From the NCBI GenBank assembly GCA_030704615.1, contig CM060734.1:19158001-19222000 (forward strand): 64,000 nt of DNA. The letters are read 5' to 3'. The DNA comes from Takakia lepidozioides. Taxonomy: Eukaryota; Plantae; Bryophyta. This document shows, piece by piece, positions 37,503 to 49,678 of the stretch. The position numbers and the translations under genes are program-made. Position 1 is the first letter of the stretch; every line of letters starts with the position of its first letter. The notes below the pieces were generated by a model that saw nothing but the letters and a program-made list of their open reading frames with translations, was not told the DNA's origin and made no database searches.

Positions 37503-38489
37503 GTAATTAGAAATTACATATACAATACATTGTCCTCATTGTCAATCCAAATTTTTTGTTATTTTTTATGATACATGTATTTCTAGTGTAAGGTAAAACA
37601 AATGGGGCAAATGACATGGTGTTGAAATCAGATTTCATGTTATCTTCCTGTCATTTGATTTATCTATGTAATAGTTTGTACATAGATCTCTACTGCATTT
37701 CATAGATCCCTTTACTTGAATGCAAGTTCGACATGCACTTCAGCACTATCAAATTTCATCATTAGTAAGATCAACCCTTATGAGTATTGTGGCATGTTAT
37801 GTACACACAGGGTGACTATCTTTATCTCATTAGTGTTTCATTTCATTAGTGTTTCAAGTCTGAATGGGTAGTGTAGTGGTATGAACTAGGCTTGATACCG
37901 ATAGTTTGTGGGCTCTATCTCTGATGGACATTATATTTTTGTAAAATAAAAATGTTTCAGAAGATAGATATATAGATACTGTAAAACCTATGTAACAAGC
38001 TCCCTAGCATTGTCAAGCTCCCTAGCATTCCCTTAGCATTGCTTCATTATGAACTTCAAACTAGACTCCCACCATTGGAAGAGCCCGTACCTTCACCATT
38101 TGTATCTAACAAGGAGCCGTGCCTCGTCACTTTTTAATTTTTCGACCTTTTTTCTCATGTTGGAAAGCCATAAAAGCAACATGTTCCTCTCCCATTCCTA
38201 CACTCACCCATGTGGAATAATAATACAATGAATATGGAATATTCTATATAGAATATTCTTATTCCATCCTTTGATATTTTGACTATGGACCCTAAGATTA
38301 GATGAATCACATTTATTTTTATTTTTTTTGGGTACCCTTATTTAAGTGTTGTGCATATAAAATTGTTCCTATGCATATCTAAAATTTGTATGCACGCATA
38401 CATTCCTCCATATGCATGCATTTGTGTGCGCATATAGTATAGGCTACCTCCCACCGTCCCAATCTCCCGAGCCCTGTTTCCAATCTCGC

Positions 38490-40835
38490 ACACACTGTAA
38501 ACTCTATCAAGCGAACCTCGTGGAGTCTCTGCAAGCGATTTCACGACTTGAAATAAATTCAGAAATTGAAGTGGTTGCTTCTGCTTTCCCGTTGTTGGAT
38601 TCATTTTCGCGTCAAGGTAGGGGTTCCCAAGAGCATCCTTAAAGTGCACAAACTAGGCTTTGTTGATTTCGTACTTATGTTTGATGGCGGTCCACTCCAA
38701 CTTTGTGTATGGATGTCGGTTGTCCTTCGTCGGCTCCTTAAATCCAAAACTGACCATGATATCATCAATAATGTGCCTCCTCAACTTTTTGTACTTGCAA
38801 TAATCCTCTAGACTCAGAACATCGGGGTCAGGCCAAGTGTATGGATGACGCATCGACACTTTGTTTTTGAGTAACATGTGGGCAACCTTCCAAATCTGGC
38901 TGTCGTCCAAACCCTGCAGTCGAGCAACGCTAGATTTTTTGAGCGCTGGCTGCTCTTTCATGGGGATATTCCCTTTGGGGTCAATGAGCTCGCCCTTCTC
39001 CCATTTCATGAACACTCTTGTCCAGCAATTCCAGGTCCGATCGGAGGTGAACACAAGTGGCATTGCCTCTTTGTCGCTTTTCACATCCAGAATGGTTTGA
39101 GCTCCGACCATGAAATCCTGCACATACCAGCAAGTGTAGTTAACTACCACATGAGGTCTCCCTTGCTAACTTTCACATTTAGCCAACACTTCCGGCTGAC
39201 TTCCAGCTAACTCCAACACTTCAAACACTTCCAGCTAACTTCCTACAAACACCTTCAACTGATGATTTAAACCAACGAAGATGATGTTGACAATTGGTCA
39301 CTCTTTCTGGAGTGTCTCATACTTTGTATTGGTGCTTCTCCATTTCCTCTTTCTGGTGACATTCTCGACCTAGAACAGAGTCAAACCTGTGTACAGAAAC
39401 ACTTAAGTAACCAAGAGACAATCACATCATGAAGCATCATCCCCAACTTCAAATCTTGATGGTGCGTGGATCTCTTCCAGATCGAGAATGTCACCAGATT
39501 GGAGAAAGAGAGAAGCACCGCAAAACAAAGCAGAACACATCCCAGATGACCTCAACGGAAGAGAAGTTGTTGGGACAACGAATGTGGTTGCGGTGTGTGG
39601 GCGATGAAATTGGATTTCGATCGACTACAATGTAGACATCCATTGCATCGCTGTAGTGATAGATGAATGGAAAGAAAGGACGGGAGACCTCCGGTGATCA
39701 TACTCACCTTCCACTGCTGAGTCTCGACCCGACGATGCTCATCATACTTCTGGGGCCGCTCCTTGTAATTGTAATATTTTCTGTAGTGACGGACCTTCTC
39801 ATAGAAAGACGGTTCGTAATGATTCTCCTTGTTGGGCTTGTTCAGGACCTTGGAGATAGTCACCAGTTGAAGCTCATCCGTCGAGTACACTATCTTAGCA
39901 GGCCATGTACGTAGCGATTTTATTAGGACATCATTACTCAGTGCCGGATCCTCCAAGAGCTCCTGCAATCATCACAGTTCAGTTGATTAGCAGTAGAAGA
40001 GAGACAATAAAAAATGGACAGTGGACAAATACATGGTCAAATAGTAAGTAGAATTTCTTGAAGGTGAGTCAACACGGGAGAGACCTCCCCTGACCTGGGC
40101 TGCCATCAATGTATGTTGGCCTCCGATAATAAAATATGTCGCCTTCTGCAGTTCGCGCTCATTGACGGGCTTCCTGCTCCACACCTTCGTGGGATCGGTC
40201 TCGTGTCGTGGAATCAAGTAAACAGGTATTTTTGAGTCAATTAGGTTGTATGCAACTAGCCTTGATTTAATCTCCAGCTTGTGCTTCTCACAAAGTGGTC
40301 GATAAACCATATGTTGTGGGGCCAGAAAACAGTGGTTGATGTCCACTTCCTGGACGTATTCAAATCCAAACCGGAATATATCCTGGTATTGCTCGATGAG
40401 AGTCGTCTCGACCTTCTTCGCCTCATCCAGGTCAAAAATCTCGTCAGTCTTCAGGTGCCTCTTTTCTTGGCTATTCATTATATCGATGGTCTTTCGTGGT
40501 TTTCTTCCCCCCTCTTCTTCGTCATCATCTCCATTTCCTTCTTTTGGCTTTCTAGTTTTTTTCGGTTTCTTCTTCGTGTCTTCCAATTGCTTTTGCTCCG
40601 ATTGGAGTCGTTGTACCTCCAATTGTTGTCTCTCCTTGGCATTATTGTTGAGAATTCCGTCAAGATATTCCCAGCTCTTGAGGATTTCCATCTCCAGGTC
40701 GTCTTTGACAATAGGGACCCTGAATCCCATCTGAATCGCGAATCCCATCAGATCACTACTCAGACTCATGGCATCCACAGAGAACCCAAATACCTTCTCC
40801 CCTTTTCCTGGCGTTGTCGTGGATGAACACAACAA
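38490..40835 (-). pseudogene. Second-family ParB/Srx-like multi-exon gene (GGQHT motif)
   Basis: VDINHC...VYRPL...YFIIGGQHTLMAAQ, then GT-AG introns and further exons (39962-39707, ~39117-38490). In-frame stop at 38653. Confidence 0.6.
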
Positions 40836-42599
40836 GGGTAACCCTGTTATCCCTCATGGAGTCCTCCGTTTCAATTCCCAACACATCACAACACAAAAGT
40901 GTTTTATTTTCCGCACCGATCTGGTAACGGAAGATGGCTTTCTCTGGGTTTGGGGAGTCAGCAACGTCGATAGGAGCGGTCCCGATATAGTTCTAATATG
41001 AGATGAATGGGACGTCCAGCACTGGCGGTCCCGAGGAAATTGCTATTTGTTTAAAAATGTTTATTGTTTTAGGTTCAATGAACTGTTTTATTGTAGCGTA
41101 CGCCAAATTGGGGACCGTCAGCGCTGGCTGTCCCGTTTGCAATTTATGTACGAAATTCCAATTGCTATGGGTGGCGGTCCCGTTTGTAATTTGCCACCCT
41201 TTAATTATAATTATGTTACCAACACTCATTTTGTGGCCCCTTACTCCCAGGTGTTTCATTTGTTTCCCGTTAAAAAAGAAACAGAAATTGTCCGAGTTGG
41301 CCTGGTCTGGCGGTCCGGGAGCTCATGCAAATATCCAAATAAAATCATTTGTAATATTTGATGTTTATCAAAGTGGAGATTATTCCCCCTATTTTTGTAA
41401 AAACAGAATTATGGGCCCATAATTCTGATATTTCATTGGCTAGTTCTACATTCACGTGCATGGATCAGATATTCTAGGGGCAGTCAATGCTCGTAATTGT
41501 GAGCCGCCAAGGAGACCCGACAAGCAGCTGGCGCCACTTTCGTACCTGTGCCAAGGTATCGCGTGGGATCTGGGTGTATGCGTGTATACCTAAACAGAGG
41601 TAGCAGCGAAACAGAGGTATCAGCTGGGCTGTTGGAATATGGAGTGCTAATCGTTCGACTATCAGGAGAGGCGTAGGGAGACAGCAGGAGGACGAGGACC
41701 AGCAGGAGCAGGAACAGCAGCAGTAGCAGCAGGCTCGGACCATTTTGTGGGTAAAAGCTACAGTCATACTTATGGTATTACTAGGAAGAAATGGTTGAAG
41801 AGTATGTTGTAGTTGTTCTGGAAACTACCTCTAAGCTGCCTGGAGATACATCAGCCCACAACTGAGCCCAAATGGTATGGCAAGAGAGCAACTGGCCCAA
41901 TTACTCATGGTTGTTTCCTAGTAGACATCATGGAGTACCACATTCTATCTGAACTATATTCTTCCCTTGTAGATGAGGCAATCTCTTATCTCCTCTTTCT
42001 ATTTAACTCCCAAGATACGATCTCTCCAACAACTGCAATTTTAACACATACAACATATCCAATGACTGTTCACACATATGAATGTTACCCGCGACCACAC
42101 AATTTGAAGTCTGTTTAGTTAACAATTGTAACAGTCTTGGTTGCATGAGTAATGATAGTGTTGCGAGGATAACAAGCAGCCTCCAATGGTATAGGCGCAT
42201 GCTAACCCAGTACTATTTGTCTCCTTAGTATAAGCAGCTCTAGCAGGAAATGTTCAAAGAGTTATTGGCACAATTTGGCATTGTGTTCCATAGGACGCGG
42301 CCTTTGAATGCCAAATGGGGTGTGTAACTAGATGTGTAATTAATTCCATTCCATGGCACTTGCTGTTACAGGGGACCGTCACTGAGTTTGGATTGGAGTT
42401 TGCTGCTTGAGGTCCAATGGCACGGAGGCGCAATACGCAACAACCCCCTTCCCTTCCTGGGCATCCTAATATTTGGCCAACCCTCAACACCATTAACTCT
42501 GTCCAGACAGGTGTTGGACTCAGTTTTCTTGTCACATGGTAGAAATACACCCAACACAATAGGCCGGAGGGTGGGGGGGAGTTCGAATAGGCCAGCTCA

Positions 42600-43514
42600 A
42601 GGTGGCTCGGCCAGGACATCTCAGACTAGCCGTCTGATGAAGACATTTGCACTTCCCCGAGAGTTCGGCACAATGACAGTGGACGGGGTAGAGAAGTTGA
42701 TCGTGATGGCGATCGCATCGCCAAATTTGATTGTGTACCTGGATGGGAATATGCAATGGGGTGACGTACACTCATTGCGCCCATTTGAAGAAGGAACTGG
42801 CCAACGAGCAGTTGCCGAGGAAGCAGCCGCAATGTTTCACATGCCGGCTCTTGCCGACATTGGTGGATTGTTTTATTGCGTGGTGTCGAAAGGGAATAGG
42901 GTGAGTCATTGGCATTACCTGCATTATATCACATTGGTGAGAAGTAGTCAACTTACAGTAGTCAATTTACTTGTTTTGAAACCATGCAAAGAACTTGGTG
43001 AGCTTTTATATGACAGCACGTAGCTTACCAAGCTCCAATTGTTGAATTGTAGGATATACATGGTTGGGCGAATTGGGAGAATCCATTCCTCTGCTGGCCC
43101 CCGGGAATATGCAGGGATGTGCCACGAAGGGTGAAAGAGTGGCCTCCCATACTATACATCCCCAACCCGCAGGATTGCTTGGATGCACGAACCATTGATG
43201 TGTACAGCTCGGTATGCGCGGCTCGGTTCAAGATGATGCTTGCCATTCCTTTTGAACCACGGATAACATCCTCCAAGTCCGCAGGGGACGACGACTTTAG
43301 TACACCTCCATGGGATCTGGTGGTGTATGCTCGCGGTGACCCTTGCAGCACCAATATTTCAAAGGCGACGCAATGCTCTCGGACTTTAGACATGGGAGCT
43401 GCAGCCAGTTCCGGGACACAGACGGAGTTGCTACCCTCATCATCTGGGATGCATGAGACAATGCCCATTGAAGAGAAAGAGAGAGAAGACTCCGGCCGAG
43501 GTCGGCGTAACTAA
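42600..43514 (+). CDS. Unidentified spliced coding fragment
   Basis: ORFs 42388..43023 and 43119..43514 are joined by a GTGAGT...TGTAG intron (~42901-43052). No recognised motif. Confidence 0.35.
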
Positions 43515-43519
43515 GAGCC

Positions 43520-44040
43520 ACTTCACCTTGCGGCTACTGCCCTCTTTCGGGGGTGGGCCCTATAACAAAAAAGTGTCCAGGGGGACACCAGGTGACCGCT
43601 AAGAATAGAGGGGGCGAGGGTACCCCTAGGTACCCAGGGGTATCCTGGGGGACCTAAGGTGCGTTTGAAGGGCCGGATTCCAGTTGGCGTTTGTTGGTGA
43701 TAGTAGCTGTGAGTGAACGGAGTGCCGTGAGATGGATTTCTTTGAAACATTTGTGGATGGGAAGAATGGGAATTTGGAAGTTATCGTGTATGTCCGTGAT
43801 ACTGGCGTTATGAATGCCACCTCGAGTGCCGGCTGTGATGACAGTTAACGGGCCGGTTTTCTAGCCACGCCTTCGGAGTGCAAGGATAAGCGGGGCATAT
43901 TTTGACGTTTTTCTAAGATTGGATCGTTTGGATAACGTTCATGGCAAAATGTGAATTCAATGAAATGGATGGTGAGTTGTGGGGATGGTGAGGTGGGGGG
44001 TAAAGCGTTGATAGGTAGACCTTGGATAGTCAATACTCCT
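43520..44040 (-). mobile_element. 5'-truncated non-LTR retrotransposon tail with restriction-like endonuclease (RLE) remnant
   Basis: LTIQG...IHFIEFTFC...EKRQ/KYAPLILALRRRG*KTGPLTVITAGTRGGIH across a frameshift, followed by a GC-rich self-complementary 3' UTR. Confidence 0.6.
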
Positions 44041-44520
44041 CTTTAGCTCGTAAAAGCCATCATGCTTTATTGTGAATCCTTCAATGTGTGGATATATGAA
44101 GGAACCGGCAATTTCGGCGCTCATCATTGCGACTGATTCCTTCGGAATCTTTGTTCTGGCAGCACAATCAACAAAAGAACAACCCGTTAATATAAACACC
44201 AAATAACAACCAACACAACGGTCTTTCCGAACCGTATGGAGCTATATTTCAATTCATGGACGGGAGATCTCCTGTGACAGCAATGAACAATACCACCAAT
44301 AAGGATAATTCAAGTTCTCATAAACACAGCACATAAACAACAACATGGAGGTTTCAGAACTTCAATTAGTAGTTCATAAATCAAAAACCCAGGGTGCTTC
44401 AAGTACACCAGAGATGTACTTCAATACAGTGACGGGAGACCTCCTGTGATCAGCTCACAAAACGCAACCCCACCTACACTTTCCAAACCCTAAACCTCTA
44501 GACGCAACCCCACCTACCAT

Positions 44521-45323
44521 CTACGGTTTGCTAGAATCTACATCAAGAAATTGCCCTATAGTCACACCACAATGCATTGGGCTATCTAGCCAGTTTTGAT
44601 ATGCGCTGCGGATCTCTTCTCTCAGTTTCTCCTGCTTTGGATCCCTTCGAGGTGTCGCTGGAGAGTATCCAGGACTCCAAGAGTCGCTGTCCAAAACCCA
44701 ATTAGGGAATATCTTGGAGATTTCGTCGGTTTCCATTGAGTTCGACGCCTGTGCACCCTGGGAATTTGATCTGGGAGTATACACATGTGCATCCAGGGCG
44801 TGCTCTTGTGGAGTCCTGGAGTGTATTCTGGTGAATTTGCTGGTATATACACTGGGTGGACAACTGCTGGTATGTAAGTGTACTATGCAGGGGTGTATAC
44901 AAGTGAATCTGAAGGTACATACGAGTCCTCTAAAGGGGTGTATTCTGGTGAATCTGCTGGTATGTACACTGGGTGGACAGCTGCTGGTATGTAAGTGCCC
45001 TCTGAAGCGGTGTATACTGGTGAATATGCTGGGACATAAGTGTCCTCTAAAGGGGTGTATTCTGGTGAATCTGTTGGTATGTACGAGTCCTCTGCAAGGG
45101 TGTATTCTGGTGAATGTGCTGGTATGTTCTCTAGGGCGACAACATTTACTTTGCTTCCACTGCAATGGCTTAGCTCGGATTCCTTGCCGTCCTCCTCCAC
45201 TAATTTCTGGATAGCGGACATCAGCTCCTCATCTTCTAGGTAATGACATCTTGGCCAACGCTTTGGCTGACATCCTGACCGACCCTCAGCGTGTGCAGTG
45301 CCTGATTCCAGACTCCTTTTCAA
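44521..45323 (-). pseudogene. Low-complexity protein with 15-aa SPEYTP repeats (45-bp tandem units)
   Basis: IPTDSPEYTPLEDTY-type units. gtgtattctggtgaat recurs at 45-bp spacing (45010/45055/45100). Stop at 44883 and a frameshift downstream. Confidence 0.55.
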
Positions 45324-46139
45324 ACTGAAAATAATAGGTCAGTGAAAGGGAAGTTACTTACTCTTTGGCGGATGACCTCATTCTCGGTCGACATTATATA
45401 ACACTCTATTACGCTCTTTGGATACTACGTCTTAAATATCACAGGAGGTCTCCCGTGACATTCACCTACCGCGACAATGGGTTTTAACAAGGGAGACCTC
45501 CCCTGAGAAAATTCACGGGAGAGGACGCCGGATTAGCACGGGAAACCTCCCCTGAGAAAATGCACAAGAGCGGTTCCATGACTAGCACGGGAGACCTCCC
45601 TTGACAAAATGCTTGGGTCACCTAATGCAATCCTAATGCAATCAGTTGTGGGAAGATACGAAAGTACATACCATGAGCTTGATCCTGCCATGGTGGTTGA
45701 AGAATAATCGCAGCAGCAATGCACCAATCAAATTACACCACGACACCAGCACGGGCTCGCCACCAGCTATCCCGATCGCCCTCCTGAACGACGACCGCAC
45801 CACACAGCTGAAACTAACAAACGAAATCTGAACACTGCTAGACGCAACAAACAACAGATGCAGAGCGCAGATCAGATGCAGATCACCGACCCTCCCTTCA
45901 CTCCGTTCACTCCCTCTCAAGCTCTCAAAACTCGTGGCTCTAAGTTTCAGCAGGGCTTCGCCGTCATGAAAGTGTGAGAGGGAGAATGAACCAGGGAGCC
46001 TCCCCTTTTGTACCCGGGGAGGCAGACCCATGCGATACCTCGCCATGGGTATGCGATGGCAGGCATGCCCAGTGCAAGTCCCAAAAACTGCCACGCGCCC
46101 GCCATGCGCGAGATCCAAGCGGCGGCTACCGCATGGGCC

Positions 46140-46480
46140 AATTATTAGGGGAGGGCTCCCGTGAAACGGCGCCTGCCACGGCCCCCGTTGGCGCGAGATT
46201 CAAGCGGTGGTGCGCGTAGGGCCTGCAAACGTGGCCAATCATATTTATTAGGGGAGGGCTCCCGTGAAACGGCGACTACCACGCGCCCGTCAAGCGTGAG
46301 ATTCAAGAGGCGGCACGCGTAGGGCCCGCAAACCTGGCCAATCATATTTATTAGGGGAGGGCTCCCGTGAAACGGCGCCTGCCACGTGCCCGCCATGCGC
46401 GAGATTCATGCGGCGGCGGGCGCAAGGCCCGCAAACCTAGAAAATCATAATTATTACGGGAGGGCTCCCGTGAAACGGCG
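46140..46480. repeat. Four ~105-bp tandem units (GGGAGGGCTCCCGTGAAACGGCG)
   Basis: Motif at ~46148, 46250, 46355 and 46458. Confidence 0.9.
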
Positions 46481-47687
46481 CATTCAACTCATGAACATGG
46501 AAGGTACTATGCACTCCATCTGTAATGGACGATCTAGATTCAACGATGCTTTTGAGCATGCATGTGAAGGCATTTCCATAGTTAGTATTCCAGCACGTGA
46601 TGAGCAGGCAGGCTACGCATGTGCTGGAACGTCAAAGTACGAGACGCCACCGGCCATAATGCGGCGGCATCGGCATTAGTGAATGTGGCGGCGCCGCTGC
46701 GGTACGCTATGGCGAATCTTACCTTCTATGAATGCTGCGAGGGGAGAGCTCCCGAGGCGTGGCGCAACGTCATCATGGTCATGCGACATCCATCGAATCC
46801 GACGGCTCAGATTATATCTGGGATCTCCTTGGACGGTACCGATTACATTGATGTCGTCATGCAGGTACATCATAGATGATATCCATCCACGTGGCGGCCA
46901 TGCAGAAGTCGTATTGTTGGGTACGGGAGGCCCCCCGTCACAGTCATTATGGCAAGTAATTAATGAAACGATTCCCCTTGCTGTACAATCCTCATGTATG
47001 GGTGCGGTTGGCCTCATGCCCCAACATGCAAATGCGGGTCTATATAAGGGCAAGATCTTCCCTCTCATTTCATTTAGTCTCGGCGAAGCCCTGCCGAAAT
47101 GTGGAGTGCAGGTGCTGGATTGACTGAAGAGTGGTGGAAGGGTGGTGGAAGGACGGAGAGTGGTGTTTCATCTCTGCATGTTTGTTAGTCATTCTCTATC
47201 AGTATTTTCTAGAAGAGTTACACACTGAACTCACGCAGTATCTGCTTTTTTAGACTGGCACAACGAAGAGGTGCTGTTCCATTAGACTTTCGCTTTGTTT
47301 TGTCGCTCTTTTCTGAATCTCATTTATCTGTCTTCGTCTTCTCCAGTTATACCATTGAATATGATGGGAGATCTCCCGTCATCTTGAGCACATCCTTTCC
47401 AATTTGTTTGGAACTCTATTTTCTGTTTATACTTTTCCGCCCATAGGAGATCACAGAACGGGAGGCCTCCCGTGATCCCTTAGTGTTATTAACATCTGTG
47501 GTGTGTGTAGATTCTATCTTGCACAATCCAGAATTGTATTGTGGATTCTCACTTAAGGGTGAGGCGACTATAAGGGGAGATCTCCCGTCATCCTGCGGAG
47601 TGTTGCCGCATTTGATTTATTCATCTTTTCTACTTTTTTTGCTTCCCGTTTTTTACTCGAGGGCATAGCAGGGGAGATCTCCCATGG

Positions 47688-48200
47688 TTGAAGATGGTTA
47701 CCACCTGTGGACAGTTGTCTATCGGAGAAGCCGTGAATTTAATCCAACTTGTCGGCTCTCAAGTTCCCAGAATTGTCGCTGAGGGTACATGTCTGAATAC
47801 TTTTGGAGAGGGATTTTGTCATGGCAAACGTCTCTCTAGTAATTTAGTGAGCGTCATATTGAAAACCGTGATACATGGAATGGAGTCAATTAGCTTGCCG
47901 TATTCACATCCAGACGCGGAGACTCTTGGAGAAGCCCTGGGGACACCGATTGTCTTGAAAGTTAGTGAAGTTGAGAAACTTGTGCAAATGGAGGGTGAGG
48001 TGTGCTTGTCCGATGCTAGAGCAAGCATGAATGTTTTGGAGGATACAATACAGAAGGACAATACAGATGGTGTTGAAGGCGCAGGAACAAAAGTTTCACT
48101 AGAGACAACAAAAAAGAAGCGTGCCGAGGCGCACATCAAATATTCGGAAGATATACTTGGCGTAATCAGATGTGCAATCTTCTCAATGACGAGATGGACA
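47688..48200 (+). pseudogene. Tnp1/En-Spm (CACTA ORF2)-like domain fragment
   Basis: IVAEGT...CHGKRL...VSVILKTV...LPYSHPDAETLGEALGTPIV resembles the CACTA accessory Tnp1-like domain. Truncated by the hAT repeat array. Confidence 0.6.
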
Positions 48201-48339
48201 TCATCGCTGAGGGACGGGTTGTGGCGTGCCCGGTTATCAGCGTCACGTCCGTCTGTCAGCGTCAGGTCACGTCCGTCAGGTTCGGAGAATATTCTGGTAA
48301 AACTAGTACCAGGTAAAATACTGCCAGTTAAGCAGTCAC

Positions 48340-49300
48340 GTCGCCGACACGGTTGCGGTGGCAAATACATTTTGAAAATTAACAAAATGAACGCGACCGC
48401 CAATTATGGCGGTCGCTTTGTTTTTCCAAATTAAAAAAAAAATAGCAACCGCCATAATTGGCGGTCGCTTCAATTTATTTTAAAAAAAAAAGCAAGATTG
48501 GCGGTCGCTTTATTTTCGAATTAAAAAAAGAAATAGCGACCGCTATCTTGGCGGTCGCTTCAATTTATTTTATAAAAAAAACAAGATTGGTGGTCGCATT
48601 GGCGGTCGCCTAATTTAAAAAAGAAAACAAGCGACTGCCGTATTGGCGGTCGCACAATTTTGTAAATATGTACAGAACAAGCGACCGCCATATGGCGGTC
48701 GGATAATTTCAAAAATATATAAAAAAAAACAGCGACCGCAATTGGGCGGTCACTTAATTAAAAAAAAATATAGAAAAGCCATATGGCGGTCGGTAAATTT
48801 AAAATTATATTAAAAAAACAAGCGACATATGAAAATAAAAGCAACCGCCACACCGGTGGTCGCTTGTTTTAAGACAATACAATATTTGCGACCACCAAAC
48901 CGGCGGTCGCGTCAATTTTAAAATATATATTAAGTTTAAGCGACCGCCAGCCTGGAGGTCGCTTAAACTTGAAAATATAAAGATTAAAAGCAACCGCCTT
49001 ACTGGCGTTCGCGTTTTTTTTTAAATATTAAAAATAAAAGCGACCACCATATTGGCGGTCGCTTTATTTTAAATATATTAACAAATGAAGCGACCGCCAT
49101 ACCGGCAGTTGCATTTGAAATAAAAAATAATAGCGACCGCCATACGGGCGGTCGATTAAATTTAAAAATATACAAAATAGAAGTGACCGCAATATTACAC
49201 AAAATGAAAGGAAATAAAAGCGACCGCAGTAGTGGCGGTCGCTTGTTTTTCATAAAAAATAGAAATAGCGACCGTAGTATTAGCGGTCGCTTAATTTCAA
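48340..49300. repeat. Left subterminal-type palindrome array of hAT element (GCGACCGCC-N4-7-GGCGGTCGC in A-rich spacers)
   Basis: Many copies, mirrored by the T-rich array at 52980-54530. Confidence 0.92.
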
Positions 49301-49678
49301 AATTATAACAAATATGGTTTTACAGCCTTTTTCGGGTGGGCGCTATTGGTTCGTCATTTATTCATTTCACTTTCATTTCACTTTCATCCTTCTTGGATCA
49401 TATATAAGGTAGAAGGGTCACCAAGCTCCTCACTTCTTTTGGCGCAAATACTTGAGGTTCCATTGAACGAGAGTGTAGCCTAAGAGGAGAGTGCGCACTT
49501 TTTGTCGTTGTGACTTCCACCAAAACCACTTTAGCAGATTGTGTATAAGCTCAACACTACAACCCACATCGACCCACTTGGGTTGCTGACAGGTGTAGAA
49601 GTGTTGGGCTATCGCATTGCACTCTGTATTCACAACACGTTCATTTATAGGTGACTGTTTTTTGTTGCTTACATCGCT

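Noticed and set aside
46560-47123. Short overlapping ORFs after the 105-bp repeats
   Set aside because: No recognisable motif or consistent frame, so no product can be supported.
45440-47690. NF-kB-like sites (GGGAGATCTCCC)
   Set aside because: Plants lack NF-kB. The motif is better explained as an element-specific palindrome.
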